From: Chloroflexota bacterium | Lineage (GTDB): Bacteria > Chloroflexota > Dehalococcoidia > Lucifugimonadales > UBA3495 | Reading direction: 5' to 3' | Length of the DNA: 64,000 nt | NCBI GenBank assembly: GCA_009837355.1 | Contig: VXTR01000051.1 | Coordinates: 13,224 to 77,223, forward strand | Part shown: piece after piece, positions 1 through 9,695 of the stretch | Position numbering within the stretch: position 1 is the first letter of the stretch | Layout of the letters: the number at the start of each line of letters is the position of its first letter | The notes under the pieces: generated by a model | Told to the model about the DNA's origin: nothing | The model's input: the letters and a program-made list of their open reading frames with translations, nothing else | Databases searched by the model: none | Position numbers and translations under genes: made by a program

Positions 1-126
1 TGGAATCCGGCATCGGCACGCGTGCTGGAAAAAGCCGGCTACCAATACGAGGGCCGGCTCCGCAAGAGCGCTATCAAAGACGGCCAAATCATCGACCAGT
101 GGCTGTATGCTATGGTACGGGAGTAA
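1..126 (+). CDS. RimJ/RimL-type GNAT N-acetyltransferase, C-terminal fragment (starts before window)
   Basis: Frame 1 reads WNPASARVLEKAGYQYEGRLRKSAIKDGQIIDQWLYAMVRE*, near-identical to the C-terminus of 152..661. Confidence 0.85.
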   Translation, partial: WNPASARVLEKAGYQYEGRLRKSAIKDGQIIDQWLYAMVRE

Positions 127-151
127 ACGCGGTTCACCATAGAGGCACAGT

Positions 152-661
152 ATGCGCATCGACATCGGCCAGCGGCACATCCGCAGCTACCGGCCGGCGG
201 ACGCCGACGCCGTGGCCAGGTACGCCGGCAACCCCAACGTGTGGCGCAACCTCCGCGACGCTCACCCCTACACCGTGCCCGCCGCCACCGCCTGGATTCG
301 CCACTCCCTCCGGCAGCGTCCCGAAACCAACTTTGCCATCGCCACCGACGAGGAAGCCATCGGCGGCATCGGCCTGGGCTTGCAGAGCGACGTGCATCGC
401 GATTCCGCCGAAATCGGCTACTGGCTGGGCGAACCCTACTGGGGCCAGGGCATCGCCACGACGGCCCTGCGCGCCCTCACCGAGTACGCCTTCACCGAAC
501 TTGACCTGAACCGGCTGTTCGCCTATGTTTTCGAGTGGAACCCGGCCTCGGCGCGGGTGCTGGAAAAAGCCGGCTACCTCTGCGAAGGCCGGCTGCGCAA
601 AAGCGCCGTCAAGAACGGTGTAACCGTGGACCAGTTGTTGTACGCCATCGTGCGCGAATGA
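152..661 (+). CDS. RimJ/RimL-type GNAT N-acetyltransferase
   Basis: AEIGYWLGEPYWGQGIAT and NPASARVLEKAGY motifs; GAGG RBS upstream. Confidence 0.9.
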   Translation: MRIDIGQRHIRSYRPADADAVARYAGNPNVWRNLRDAHPYTVPAATAWIRHSLRQRPETNFAIATDEEAIGGIGLGLQSDVHRDSAEIGYWLGEPYWGQGIATTALRALTEYAFTELDLNRLFAYVFEWNPASARVLEKAGYLCEGRLRKSAVKNGVTVDQLLYAIVRE

Positions 662-1140
662 CGCCAGTAATGAATCGCCAACGCCTCCAATTTGCAATCT
701 GCCTCGCCACCGTGCTGGGTATGCTTGCCCTGCTCGCCTGCTCCGGCGGGGACACGCCGCAGTATGCGAACCCCGGCGCCGGCAGCGGCGACACCGCTCC
801 ATCCACTGTAATCGTGCCGGCCCTGTCCGAGCCGGCGCAGGCCGGCCAGGCCGCGTTCAACGCCAACTGCGCCCTCTGCCACGGCGCCAACGCCGCCGGC
901 ACCAATCTCGGCCCGCCCCTGGTTCACAAAATCTACGAGCCGAACCATCACCAGGACTTCGCCTTTCGCAACGCGGTGCAGAACGGAGTGCAATCCCACC
1001 ACTGGCAGTTCGGCAATATGCCGCCGGCTCCCCAGGTATCGGAAGCCGATGTTGAGCGCATCATCTGCTACGTGCGGGAATTGCAGCGCGCCAATGGCAT
1101 CTTCGACGATGTGGCCGGGTTGGCCGCCTGTCAGCCCTGA
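658..1140 (+). CDS. Monoheme cytochrome c lipoprotein
   Basis: Signal peptide with lipobox LLAC, CALCH heme motif, distal Met in NMPP; ATG overlaps the upstream TGA (alternative start 670). Confidence 0.85.
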   Translation: MTPVMNRQRLQFAICLATVLGMLALLACSGGDTPQYANPGAGSGDTAPSTVIVPALSEPAQAGQAAFNANCALCHGANAAGTNLGPPLVHKIYEPNHHQDFAFRNAVQNGVQSHHWQFGNMPPAPQVSEADVERIICYVRELQRANGIFDDVAGLAACQP

Positions 1141-1197
1141 CGCGCCGGGCCCTTTTGCCGTATGATATAACCGCAGTCCAGGCTCAGGAGGTGCGAT

Positions 1198-1461
1198 GTG
1201 GCCAGGGTTTTCGTTCCTACCATGCTGCAGGCCGCCACCGGCGGCGTGAAAGAGGTTGAGGTTGAGGGTCGCAACGTCCGGCAGATTATCGAGGGGCTGG
1301 ACGACATGTTCCCCGGCATCGCCGGCCGCCTGATTGAGGACGGCGACATCCGGTCCAACCTGGCCGTCGCCGTGGACGGCGAAGTCGCTCGCATGGGCCT
1401 GATGGAGCGGGTCGGCGAAACTGCCGAGATCCATTTCGTGCCGGCCATCGGCGGCGGCTGA
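1198..1461 (+). CDS. MoaD/ThiS family ubiquitin-like sulfur carrier
   Basis: 87 aa beta-grasp pattern, C-terminal PAIGGG, AGGAGG RBS. Confidence 0.85.
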   Translation: MARVFVPTMLQAATGGVKEVEVEGRNVRQIIEGLDDMFPGIAGRLIEDGDIRSNLAVAVDGEVARMGLMERVGETAEIHFVPAIGGG

Positions 1462-1533
1462 CCGTCAGTTTGACCGCTCCCGGCCCTGCCGATACAATAA
1501 CCCCATCCTGCCCCATCGGTTTGCTACCCCTGT

Positions 1534-2121
1534 ATGAGTAACCTTGTCTTCCCATCTGATGACGCCTCGGAAGTTGCCGGCGCTGCTGTTGAATACGGCC
1601 ATGATCCCGGCCAGACCGGCTTGGCGTCAGACTCCTTTCCGTCCGGTCCCAAGACCGACGTTAAAGTGGTGTCGGCCGGCGGCTTGGTCTTTCGGCGCTC
1701 CGGCGACCTGGTTGAGACGCTGTTGTGCGCCCGATTGCGGCACGGCCACCAGCGTGAAGACCCTCCGCTGACCTGGCGTCTTCCCAAGGGCACGCCGGAG
1801 CATGGGGAAACCGTGGAAGAGACCGCACGGCGCGAGGTACAAGAAGAAACGGGCGTACACGTCAACGTACTGGCTCCCATCACCAGCATCCGCTACTTCT
1901 TCGTCGGCCACGACGACGGCGTGCATTACGACAAAACGGTTTATTTCTTCCTCATGGAACCCCGCGGCGGCAACACCGCTGACCACGACGCCGAGTTCGA
2001 CGTTGTGGAATGGCACAGCTACGAGCAGGCGTTGGAGTTGCTGGAATACGACAACGAGCGCAATGTTCTGGAAGCAGCCCGTTCTCTCATCGAAGCTCAC
2101 GGTCAGGATGGCCGGCCATGA
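1534..2121 (+). CDS. NUDIX hydrolase
   Basis: Nudix box LPKGTPEHGETVEETARREVQEETG; start uncertain. Confidence 0.9.
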   Translation: MSNLVFPSDDASEVAGAAVEYGHDPGQTGLASDSFPSGPKTDVKVVSAGGLVFRRSGDLVETLLCARLRHGHQREDPPLTWRLPKGTPEHGETVEETARREVQEETGVHVNVLAPITSIRYFFVGHDDGVHYDKTVYFFLMEPRGGNTADHDAEFDVVEWHSYEQALELLEYDNERNVLEAARSLIEAHGQDGRP

Positions 2122-2744
2122 CCAAGCAAGACCTGGTGCTGCAAGGCGTCCGCGTTGTGCTGCGGGGCAAGCGGATGGAGGACGCCGAACAGGATTACAT
2201 CTGGCGCAGCGACCCCGAAATCGCCCGCCTCGACGCTGCCTACCCACTCACCATGAAATACGAGCGGTACCTCAAAATGTTTGAGGACCAGATTCGCTGG
2301 CCCACACCCGGCTCCCACCATTTCGGCATCGAGGTGGCCGACGGTAAGTACATCGGCAACTGTATGTACTACGACCTGGACAGCCTGGCCAAGGCCGCCG
2401 AGCTGGGCATCGTCATCGGCGACCGGGACTACTGGAGCGGCGGCTACGGCTACGACGCGGTCGTAACCCTGCTCCAACATATGTTTGACGATATGCGGCT
2501 GAAGCGCGTGTACCTGCATACCCTGGAATGGAACCACCGGGCCCAGAAGTGCTTCGAGCGTTCCGGCTTCAACCCGGTGCGACACGTCCGCCGTATGTCC
2601 CACGACTTCATCCTGATGGAAGTCCTGCGGGAGGATTGGGAAGCCACCGTCGCGGAGCGCCTGGCCCTGCGCCGGCAGTACCTCGACCGCCACGGCGGCG
2701 CCCCGGTGAGCGACGACGACCAGGCCGTGCCGGCGACGGCCTGA
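2118..2744 (+). CDS. GNAT N-acetyltransferase (RimJ/RimL-like)
   Basis: AELGIVIGDRDYWSGGYG and NHRAQKCFERSGF motifs; ATGA overlap with the NUDIX stop. Confidence 0.85.
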   Translation: MTKQDLVLQGVRVVLRGKRMEDAEQDYIWRSDPEIARLDAAYPLTMKYERYLKMFEDQIRWPTPGSHHFGIEVADGKYIGNCMYYDLDSLAKAAELGIVIGDRDYWSGGYGYDAVVTLLQHMFDDMRLKRVYLHTLEWNHRAQKCFERSGFNPVRHVRRMSHDFILMEVLREDWEATVAERLALRRQYLDRHGGAPVSDDDQAVPATA

Positions 2745-2757
2745 TTCGCAACCGGGC

Positions 2758-3864
2758 TTATCCTATCGCAACCCGCTGCCCCTCGTCGCTGGACTGCCGG
2801 ATGGCGTCGATGAAGTGGTGCAGCGTTACCGCGTGGTCAAAGTCGGGCAACGCGTCGCCGTTATTCTGTCCCCGTATTGAGGCGGCGAACCGACTGTACA
2901 GCTGGCCCACGTTGTAGGCCGCGCCGCCGGGTATCTCCGGCGCCAGGTGCAGCTCCTCCGCCGGCGTCAGGTCTTGCAGCTCGTTGCTGCCGCCCCGCGC
3001 CCCCCGGATGCTCACCTGCTGCAGCTGCGGCGAGTCCACCGACACGGCCACCAGCGTCCCCTCCTCGCCGTAGATCTCCATGCGATAGCCGCTGCCGGCC
3101 CACGGAGTGCTGCCAATCTGCACCGACGCCACGCCGCCGCTCTGCAGGCTGCCGCTGACCAGGATGTTGTCCGGCGACGTAACCGGCAGGTCCTTTCCCG
3201 TGTCCGTTTCGTGCCAGGTGGCGGCCTGGGTGCTGACCACCGTGGACACGTCGGCGAACTCGCCCACTATGCTGCACAGGGCGTCGATGGTGTGGCCGCA
3301 GGCGATGGTCAGGGTGTGCGCGCCCAGCTCGTTGTCCCGCTGCCAGGTGCGCCCGGAGTCCCGGGACAGCACGCCCTCCCGCATCAGCCGCACGTGGCAG
3401 GTCATCACCCGTCCCACGTAGCCGTCGGCCACCAGGTTGCCCAGGTGCGCGATGGCCGGATTCGCCCGCGCCTGCAACCCCACGGCGGTTTTGACCCCCT
3501 GCTGTCGGGCTAGGTCGGCCATCTCGATGGCCTCGGCGGTGGTGCGACCCAGCGGCCATTCGGTGAAGGTGTGCTTGCCGGCCCACAGCGCGGCGGTGGT
3601 CGGTTCATAGTGACTGGGCACCCGCAGCGAGATGGTCGCGGCTTCAATGTCGGCGTCGGCCAGCATCCGGTTGTAGTCGTCCCAGGCGCTGCCGGCGTTG
3701 AAGGCGGCCCGTGCTTCGTCGGCCGACTCCTGCCGGGTGGTGCACACCGCGGCCAGGTCAAAGTCGGGATGCGCCGCCAGCGCCGGCAGATGCGCCCGCG
3801 GCGACCAACCCACGTGAATGTTGGCCCCGATGAGTCCGATGCGGATGGGCTGCTGCGTAGTCAT
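2758..3864 (-). CDS. Gfo/Idh/MocA family oxidoreductase
   Basis: N-terminal IRIGLIGA Rossmann motif, GKHTFTEWPL; AGGAG RBS. Confidence 0.9.
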   Translation of the reverse strand: MTTQQPIRIGLIGANIHVGWSPRAHLPALAAHPDFDLAAVCTTRQESADEARAAFNAGSAWDDYNRMLADADIEAATISLRVPSHYEPTTAALWAGKHTFTEWPLGRTTAEAIEMADLARQQGVKTAVGLQARANPAIAHLGNLVADGYVGRVMTCHVRLMREGVLSRDSGRTWQRDNELGAHTLTIACGHTIDALCSIVGEFADVSTVVSTQAATWHETDTGKDLPVTSPDNILVSGSLQSGGVASVQIGSTPWAGSGYRMEIYGEEGTLVAVSVDSPQLQQVSIRGARGGSNELQDLTPAEELHLAPEIPGGAAYNVGQLYSRFAASIRGQNNGDALPDFDHAVTLHHFIDAIRQSSDEGQRVAIG

Positions 3865-4299
3865 GGCAATATCTCCTGGATTTGGCTTTTGGCTTTGAAT
3901 TTAACTGGCCCTGAACGTGTCCATCCTAACACGTGGGCGACGCGCTTTCGTAGTCGTGCTGGTACAATCAGTAGTCGCCGATGACACTTGCCCCTTGCCC
4001 CAACCCTCCATCCATCCGTACCATGTTAACCGGCAACCCAAATTCAACCCGCCGTCCAGGCTCGAGCCATCAAATGCCTGCCTCAAAACATCGCAAACAC
4101 CGCTCTCTCAAATCCTCTCAAATGCCTGCCAAAGCCATCAAAATTGCCCCCAAACCCTCCCATTCCACTCCCATTTCACCCCGACAACCCGACCTATTCT
4201 CTACTCAGATAGGAGTGAATGAGAGGAAATGAGAGGGGAATCGCCCTTTTCGCTCGCCAGCGAGCCATCTCCATCCCCAATCTGGATACAATCCTGCGC

Positions 4300-5331
4300 A
4301 TGACCATGCCCCTACCCACCGAAGCCCGCCTGCGGTTCGTTGAGAACCTGCCCATCTGCCGCATCCTCAACGGTATGTGGCAGGTGTCGGGCGCCCATGG
4401 CCGCATCGACTCCAACGCCGCCGTAGATGCCATGCTGGCGTACCAAGATGCCGGCTTTACAACTTGGGACCTGGCCGACCACTACGGCCCCGCCGAGGAT
4501 TTCATCGGCGTGTTCCGCCGGCGCTTGACGGACGTTCGCGGTGCCGATGCCCTCTCGGAAATCCAGGCTTTCACTAAGTGGGTGCCCCAACCCGGCCCGA
4601 TGACCCGCCAGATTGTCGAGAACAACGTTGACATCTCCCTGCGCCGGATGGGTGTTGACTGCCTAGACCTGCTGCAATTCCACTGGTGGGATTACCAGGA
4701 TTTGCGCTATCTGAACGCGCTGGAACAGCTGGCCGACTTGCGCGATGAGGGCAAGATTCACCGCCTGGCCCTGACCAACTTTGACACCCAGCGGTTGCGC
4801 GACATCGCAGACCACGGCATCCGCGTAGTGTCCAACCAAGTGCAGTATTCCCTCATCGACCGTCGGCCCCAGGCGCAGATGACCCAAGTGTGCGAAGAGC
4901 AGAGGGTCTGGCTGCTGCCCTACGGCGTCCTCTGTGGCGGCCTCCTCTCCGACCGTTACCTGGGCCAGCCGGAGCCGGACTAGGCCGTCCTGAACACCGC
5001 CAGCCTCCGCAAGTACAAGCAGATGATTGACGCCTGGGGCGGCTGGCCCCTGTTCCAACAGCTGTTGACTACCTTACGGCATGTCGCCGACAAGCACAAC
5101 GTCAGCATCGCCAACGTCGCCGTCCGCTACGTCCTGGACCAGTCGGCGGTGGCCGGTGTCATCATAGGCGCGCGCTTGGGCGTGGCCGAGCATATCGCCG
5201 AAAACGCCCGGGCCTTCGGCTTCCAGTTGGACGCCGACGACCTGGAATCCGTCGAGTCCGTGCTGGCCAACTCCCGCGACCTCTATCAAATCATCGGCGA
5301 CTGCGGCGACGAGTACCGCAGGAGGTTTTGA
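4300..5331 (+). pseudogene. Aldo/keto reductase interrupted by one in-frame TAG at 4981-4983
   Basis: GMWQ, DLADHYG, AFTKW, LDLLQFHWWD and SNQVQYS AKR motifs; the same frame continues after TAG (AVLNTASLRKYKQMIDAWGGW...GDCGDEYR). Confidence 0.8.
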
Positions 5332-6233
5332 TGCAAATCGGCGCAATTTTCCCCCAAACCGAAATCGGCCCCGACCCGGTGGCCATCCGCGACTACGTGC
5401 AGGCCGTGGAGGGGATGCAGTTCGATTACCTGTTCATCGCCGACCACGTGCTCGGCGCCGACCCGGCCCATCACGCCCACGTCCGCGACCACTACTACAC
5501 CCACCACAGCGTCATCCACGAGTCGCTGACTACACTGGCCTTCATCGCCGCCATCACCCAGCGCATCCGCCTTATCACCGGCATCCTCATCCTGCCCCAG
5601 CGTCAGACCGCCCTGGTCGCCAAGCAGGCCGCCGAAATTGACGTGCTCAGCGGCGGCCGCCTCACCCTGGGCATCGGCGTGGGCTGGAACCACGTGGAGT
5701 TTGAGGCCCTGGGCGAGGATTTCACCAATCGCGGCATCCGCTCAGAGGAGCAGATTGACCTCATGCGCGCCCTTTGGACGCAAGAAGTGGTGGACTTTTC
5801 CGGACGCTGGCACACCGTGCGCGCCGCCGGCATCAAGCCTCTGCCCGTCCAGCGACCCATTCCGGTGTGGTTCGGTGCCGGCGGCACGGCCGGCCCGGTG
5901 CCCCGGGACGTAGTGCTGCGCCGCATCGCCCGCACGGGCGACGGCTGGTTCCCCAGCTTCGGCCCCGACGACACCGCCCGCGCCGTGCTGGACAAGATGC
6001 AAACCTATATCGCCGAGGCCGGACGCCAGCCGTCGGACGTTGGCCTGGCCGGCCGCATCCGGATGCCCGCCAAGTCCCCCGATCAATGGCTGGCCGAGGT
6101 GGAGGGCTGGCAATCCCTGGGCGGCACCCACGTGATGGCCGAAGCCCGCCGCGGCCCCCTCAGCGCCGTTGACCAGCACATCCAGGCGATGCAGCAGTTC
6201 CGGGAGGTCATCCCGCCCGGCTGGGGCCGCTAG
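5331..6233 (+). CDS. LLM-class (putatively F420-dependent) oxidoreductase
   Basis: IADHV, ILILPQRQTALVAKQAAEIDVLSGGRLTLGIGVGWNHVEF; TGATG overlap and GGAGG RBS. Confidence 0.9.
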   Translation: MQIGAIFPQTEIGPDPVAIRDYVQAVEGMQFDYLFIADHVLGADPAHHAHVRDHYYTHHSVIHESLTTLAFIAAITQRIRLITGILILPQRQTALVAKQAAEIDVLSGGRLTLGIGVGWNHVEFEALGEDFTNRGIRSEEQIDLMRALWTQEVVDFSGRWHTVRAAGIKPLPVQRPIPVWFGAGGTAGPVPRDVVLRRIARTGDGWFPSFGPDDTARAVLDKMQTYIAEAGRQPSDVGLAGRIRMPAKSPDQWLAEVEGWQSLGGTHVMAEARRGPLSAVDQHIQAMQQFREVIPPGWGR

Positions 6234-6234
6234 G

Positions 6235-7104
6235 CTACCGGGAGCCGGTGCTGTAAGGCGTGTCTCCCAGCGGATGCTCCGCCCACTTGCCGGCCTCAAC
6301 TGCCGTCAGGAAGTCCGCCACCAGCTGATTGAACAGCGCCGGCTCCTCCAGGTTGATGGTGTGGCCGCACTGGGGCAGCGCTGCCAGCCCGCTGCGGGGC
6401 ATATGCCGCTTTATCATTATCGACGGCTCAACGCAGGGATCGTCCTCGTCGCCGACCAAAATCAGCGCGGGCACCGGGCAGGCGTTCATCTGCGGTATCA
6501 GCTGGTCGATGGTGGCGCGCTTCAGCTGGACGCCCCGGAAGGTGTACGCCGAACCCCGGGCGTTGTGCGCGAAGAGCAGGCGCATGAACTCCTCGTAGCC
6601 CCGGGGGTCTTTGCGTTGCAGTTGCACCCGCGTCGGCCCGCTGCCATAGTCTTTCATCACCGCCGGCGTCCCCTCGGCCAGCAAGCGCGCCGCCATGGCC
6701 TCGCCGCCGGATTGAAACGCCTCGTTGTGCGTCGTGCCAGAGCCGGCCGACGCCACGATGATGGCGCGGCACCGTTCCGGATAGCGCAGGGCGAAGTTCA
6801 GTGCCACGTTCCCGCCCATGGACAGGCCCCCGATGTATGCCTGCTCCAGCCCCAGGTGGTCCATCAGCCTCCGCAGGTCCTCGAGGGTAACGTCCTGCGA
6901 GTACGCCTCCGGGTCGGTGGGCACGTCCGAGGGCGGATAGCCCCGGTCGTTGTAGGTGATGACCCGGTAGCGGTGGCTGAAGTAGCGCACCTGGTGCTCC
7001 CAGCTTTCGTAGGAGCCGGCGAACTCGTGGCTCCAGATGAGCGGGAACCCCTCGCCGGTGGACTGGTAAAAGATGTGTACCCCGTTGGAATCAAAGCTAG
7101 GCAT
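6235..7104 (-). CDS. Alpha/beta-fold hydrolase
   Basis: GLSMGG nucleophile elbow, GDED acid, CGH His. Confidence 0.9.
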   Translation of the reverse strand: MPSFDSNGVHIFYQSTGEGFPLIWSHEFAGSYESWEHQVRYFSHRYRVITYNDRGYPPSDVPTDPEAYSQDVTLEDLRRLMDHLGLEQAYIGGLSMGGNVALNFALRYPERCRAIIVASAGSGTTHNEAFQSGGEAMAARLLAEGTPAVMKDYGSGPTRVQLQRKDPRGYEEFMRLLFAHNARGSAYTFRGVQLKRATIDQLIPQMNACPVPALILVGDEDDPCVEPSIMIKRHMPRSGLAALPQCGHTINLEEPALFNQLVADFLTAVEAGKWAEHPLGDTPYSTGSR

Positions 7105-7118
7105 CAACGCCCTCCAAT

Positions 7119-8105
7119 CTAGTCGTTGGGCGTCAGCGCCAGCGAGCGGATTTCACCGAACTCCTTCTGAAGCTTGTCCCAGCTGTCCCCGCCGTCCGCG
7201 CTGACGTACACGTACCCGTAGATGCTGGCCGCCACCATCACCTCCGACACGTGCGGGCTGGCGGCAAACCAATAGACCACCGAGTTGGGCGTCGCCGACA
7301 GCTCCGGCGCGTCCCACGATGAGCCGGCGTCCCGCGTCCGCCGAATCGCTCCGGTTACGCCGGGGATGGTGTCGCCGTTGCCCACGAACATCACGCTGGG
7401 GTTGTCGGGCTTGATGACCATGCCCCGGCAGTAGGAACGGGTGTCTTCGGCGTGGAACCGGGGGAACTCGTGCAGATCCCAGCTTTCGCCCTCGTCGGTG
7501 CTGGTCGAGATGCCGAAAGGCGTGGTGCAGTAGATGGCCGACTCCGGGCCGGGCTTCAACGCCATGCCGTGAATGTCGCCGTGGAACGGGTCGGGCCCCA
7601 GGTCGGGCAGCCGCGTCCAGTTGTCGCCGCCGTCCAGGCTGCGGTACACGCCGTCCACCTCGATGCCGGCCCAAACCGTGCGAGTGTCCCGCGGGTCAAC
7701 GATGATGTTGGTGGTACGGGGAATGCCGATGGGACAGGGCATCCGCACGCCCAGGTCCAGGGACTCCCAGCTCTGGCCGCCGTCCCGGGAGCGGAACGCG
7801 TTGGGGCGGGTGCCCACGAACACCGTTTCCGAGTCGTCCGGGTCGATGCCCACCGACCAGATTTGCAGGTCGTCCATGGGCGACTCGACATACTCCCAGG
7901 TGAAGCCGTTGTCGTTGGAGCGGAACAGGCCGTTGTCGGAGCCGGCGTAGATGCGATGCCGGTGGTTGGGGTCAACGGCCAGGGCGCGGATGTTGCACTC
8001 GGTGGGCAGCGGGTTGCGGATGCGGTTCCAAGACTCGCCGCCGTCGGGGCTGACCGACAGGCCGCCGCCCACGGTGCCGACGCTGATGGTGTAATTTCCA
8101 GCCAT
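7119..8105 (-). CDS. BNR/Asp-box repeat beta-propeller protein (sialidase/glycosyl hydrolase-like fold)
   Basis: About seven SxDxGxxW-type Asp-boxes; CAGGAGG RBS before ATG 8105. Confidence 0.85.
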   Translation of the reverse strand: MAGNYTISVGTVGGGLSVSPDGGESWNRIRNPLPTECNIRALAVDPNHRHRIYAGSDNGLFRSNDNGFTWEYVESPMDDLQIWSVGIDPDDSETVFVGTRPNAFRSRDGGQSWESLDLGVRMPCPIGIPRTTNIIVDPRDTRTVWAGIEVDGVYRSLDGGDNWTRLPDLGPDPFHGDIHGMALKPGPESAIYCTTPFGISTSTDEGESWDLHEFPRFHAEDTRSYCRGMVIKPDNPSVMFVGNGDTIPGVTGAIRRTRDAGSSWDAPELSATPNSVVYWFAASPHVSEVMVAASIYGYVYVSADGGDSWDKLQKEFGEIRSLALTPND

Positions 8106-8208
8106 GATAACCTCCTGAGTTAGGCGTAAACGCAAAGCGCAACGCGGCACAAAACGCCAAACCGACGGCAGCACCGCCGCCACCAGCATAATAGCACAAC
8201 GGGCGCCG

Positions 8209-9570
8209 CTAATCCCGGTTACCTGCGCCCTCCGCTTCATACTCCCGCAAGCAGTTCACGATGACATCGTTCATCGCGGGGAACCGCTCGGTAGCGAATT
8301 TATCTACCCATGCTTCGATTTTGCCTCGGGTGTCGGGATCATCCCACTTCCTTAGATCCGCTTCATTCAAAATGTAATCTTCCTCATGAACTACCACCCA
8401 CCCTGAGGATACCTGCCCGGCAGAATTGAAAACCCCGGGATTCTGATTGATGGCGTCAATAACCTTGCCCCGAACAAATTTGTTGGATTCGGTTTCAGGA
8501 GCGATCTCAACGCGAAACCAAGTGCTGCCTTCTGGCCGGCATACAAACTCGCAGCCTACCAATGTGTACTTGTCATGGGACTCGCTAGGTTGCATACCCT
8601 GGTGTCCTGTGAAGCCCATCGGCTGGAAATACACGAAGTTTGTATCATCAGGATACAGTTTCCACTCTGTGCGCATTGAGATGGCTCGTCTCAGCATCTG
8701 CTTGATGTCGGCGTGGTAGTTCGGCTTGTTCTGGTAAATCAGCTCAATCGCTTCCCGATGTTTGAGGTAGATTTCGCGGGCCCTCTTCGCAATCTCGGTT
8801 GATTCAGGCACGATTTTATTCCTCCGTAGTGTCTCGGCGTATTGCCGCAGGAATGAGGCAACGTCTCTGCCCATAGCCTCGCGTTTGTGGTCCATGGTTT
8901 GTTCCACCAGTTGCAAGATGGTGGTGTAGTTTTCTGGCGTCCAGTATTTCCGTTCTTTTGGCTTTTTCGAGCACATACCGCTCGGCGACAGGAAGACGTA
9001 GTGCCTAGCGAAATTTGGGAAACGCCTTTCGAGTGTTTTCCGGTACCAGGTGAGCTGGCTCTTGCCGTTTTCCCCGATACCCTCCTCTGCCCATATTTTG
9101 TTTTCAATGGCACAGGCGAAGCGCGCATCCCGGTTAAGAACGCGTATATCGATGCGATCCCGTTCGAGCAAAACCTCGGTTCCTGACCAATCGATGGTGT
9201 CGATTTGGGACGGAGTTATATAAGGTAATCCGGCTTTCTGGGCATTCGCGCAGGTTTGAGTCAAAAACGATCTGAGGAAATAGTCTCCAAGCTCATGGGT
9301 TTGCTGTGGATCCAGTAGCCACGCTAGGAAACGGGAATGATGCAGTTCAGAATGCGCTACTCCCAACACGTGAAAAAGGTCAAGCTCCCTCTCGTTCTTC
9401 CGTTGCAGTTCCACCAACTGCAACAACGCCGGGTCATCGGCGAAATCCTGCAGTGCCTCTACCTGCCGCGTGCGTTCCCCAGCCAGCAACCGTTCCAAGC
9501 TCTCCAGTTCGGGAACCACGCCTTCCAGCACCTCCGATTGCCCGTCCGCTGCTGTATCGCTCGTTTGCAT
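8209..9570 (-). CDS. PD-(D/E)XK nuclease family protein (PDDEXK_4-like)
   Basis: ELHHSRFLAWLLDP...H.LGDYFLRSF, RIDI, AIENKI, SQLTWY; more AT-rich than neighbours; start uncertain. Confidence 0.8.
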   Translation of the reverse strand: MQTSDTAADGQSEVLEGVVPELESLERLLAGERTRQVEALQDFADDPALLQLVELQRKNERELDLFHVLGVAHSELHHSRFLAWLLDPQQTHELGDYFLRSFLTQTCANAQKAGLPYITPSQIDTIDWSGTEVLLERDRIDIRVLNRDARFACAIENKIWAEEGIGENGKSQLTWYRKTLERRFPNFARHYVFLSPSGMCSKKPKERKYWTPENYTTILQLVEQTMDHKREAMGRDVASFLRQYAETLRRNKIVPESTEIAKRAREIYLKHREAIELIYQNKPNYHADIKQMLRRAISMRTEWKLYPDDTNFVYFQPMGFTGHQGMQPSESHDKYTLVGCEFVCRPEGSTWFRVEIAPETESNKFVRGKVIDAINQNPGVFNSAGQVSSGWVVVHEEDYILNEADLRKWDDPDTRGKIEAWVDKFATERFPAMNDVIVNCLREYEAEGAGNRD

Positions 9571-9695
9571 CCTTGCCGCCAACCCTGTAAAAATAGCTGT
9601 AAGCACATCGACGACCACGCCGCTGCTCACCGCCAGCGGCGCGACTATACCACTACGCTGCGTCTCAACCAAACGACACAGCACGGAGGCCCAAA

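Noticed and set aside
4981..4983. Genome-wide TAG reassignment
   Set aside because: ispH, glnS, the LLM gene and several others end in TAG at the expected protein end, and only one internal TAG was seen.
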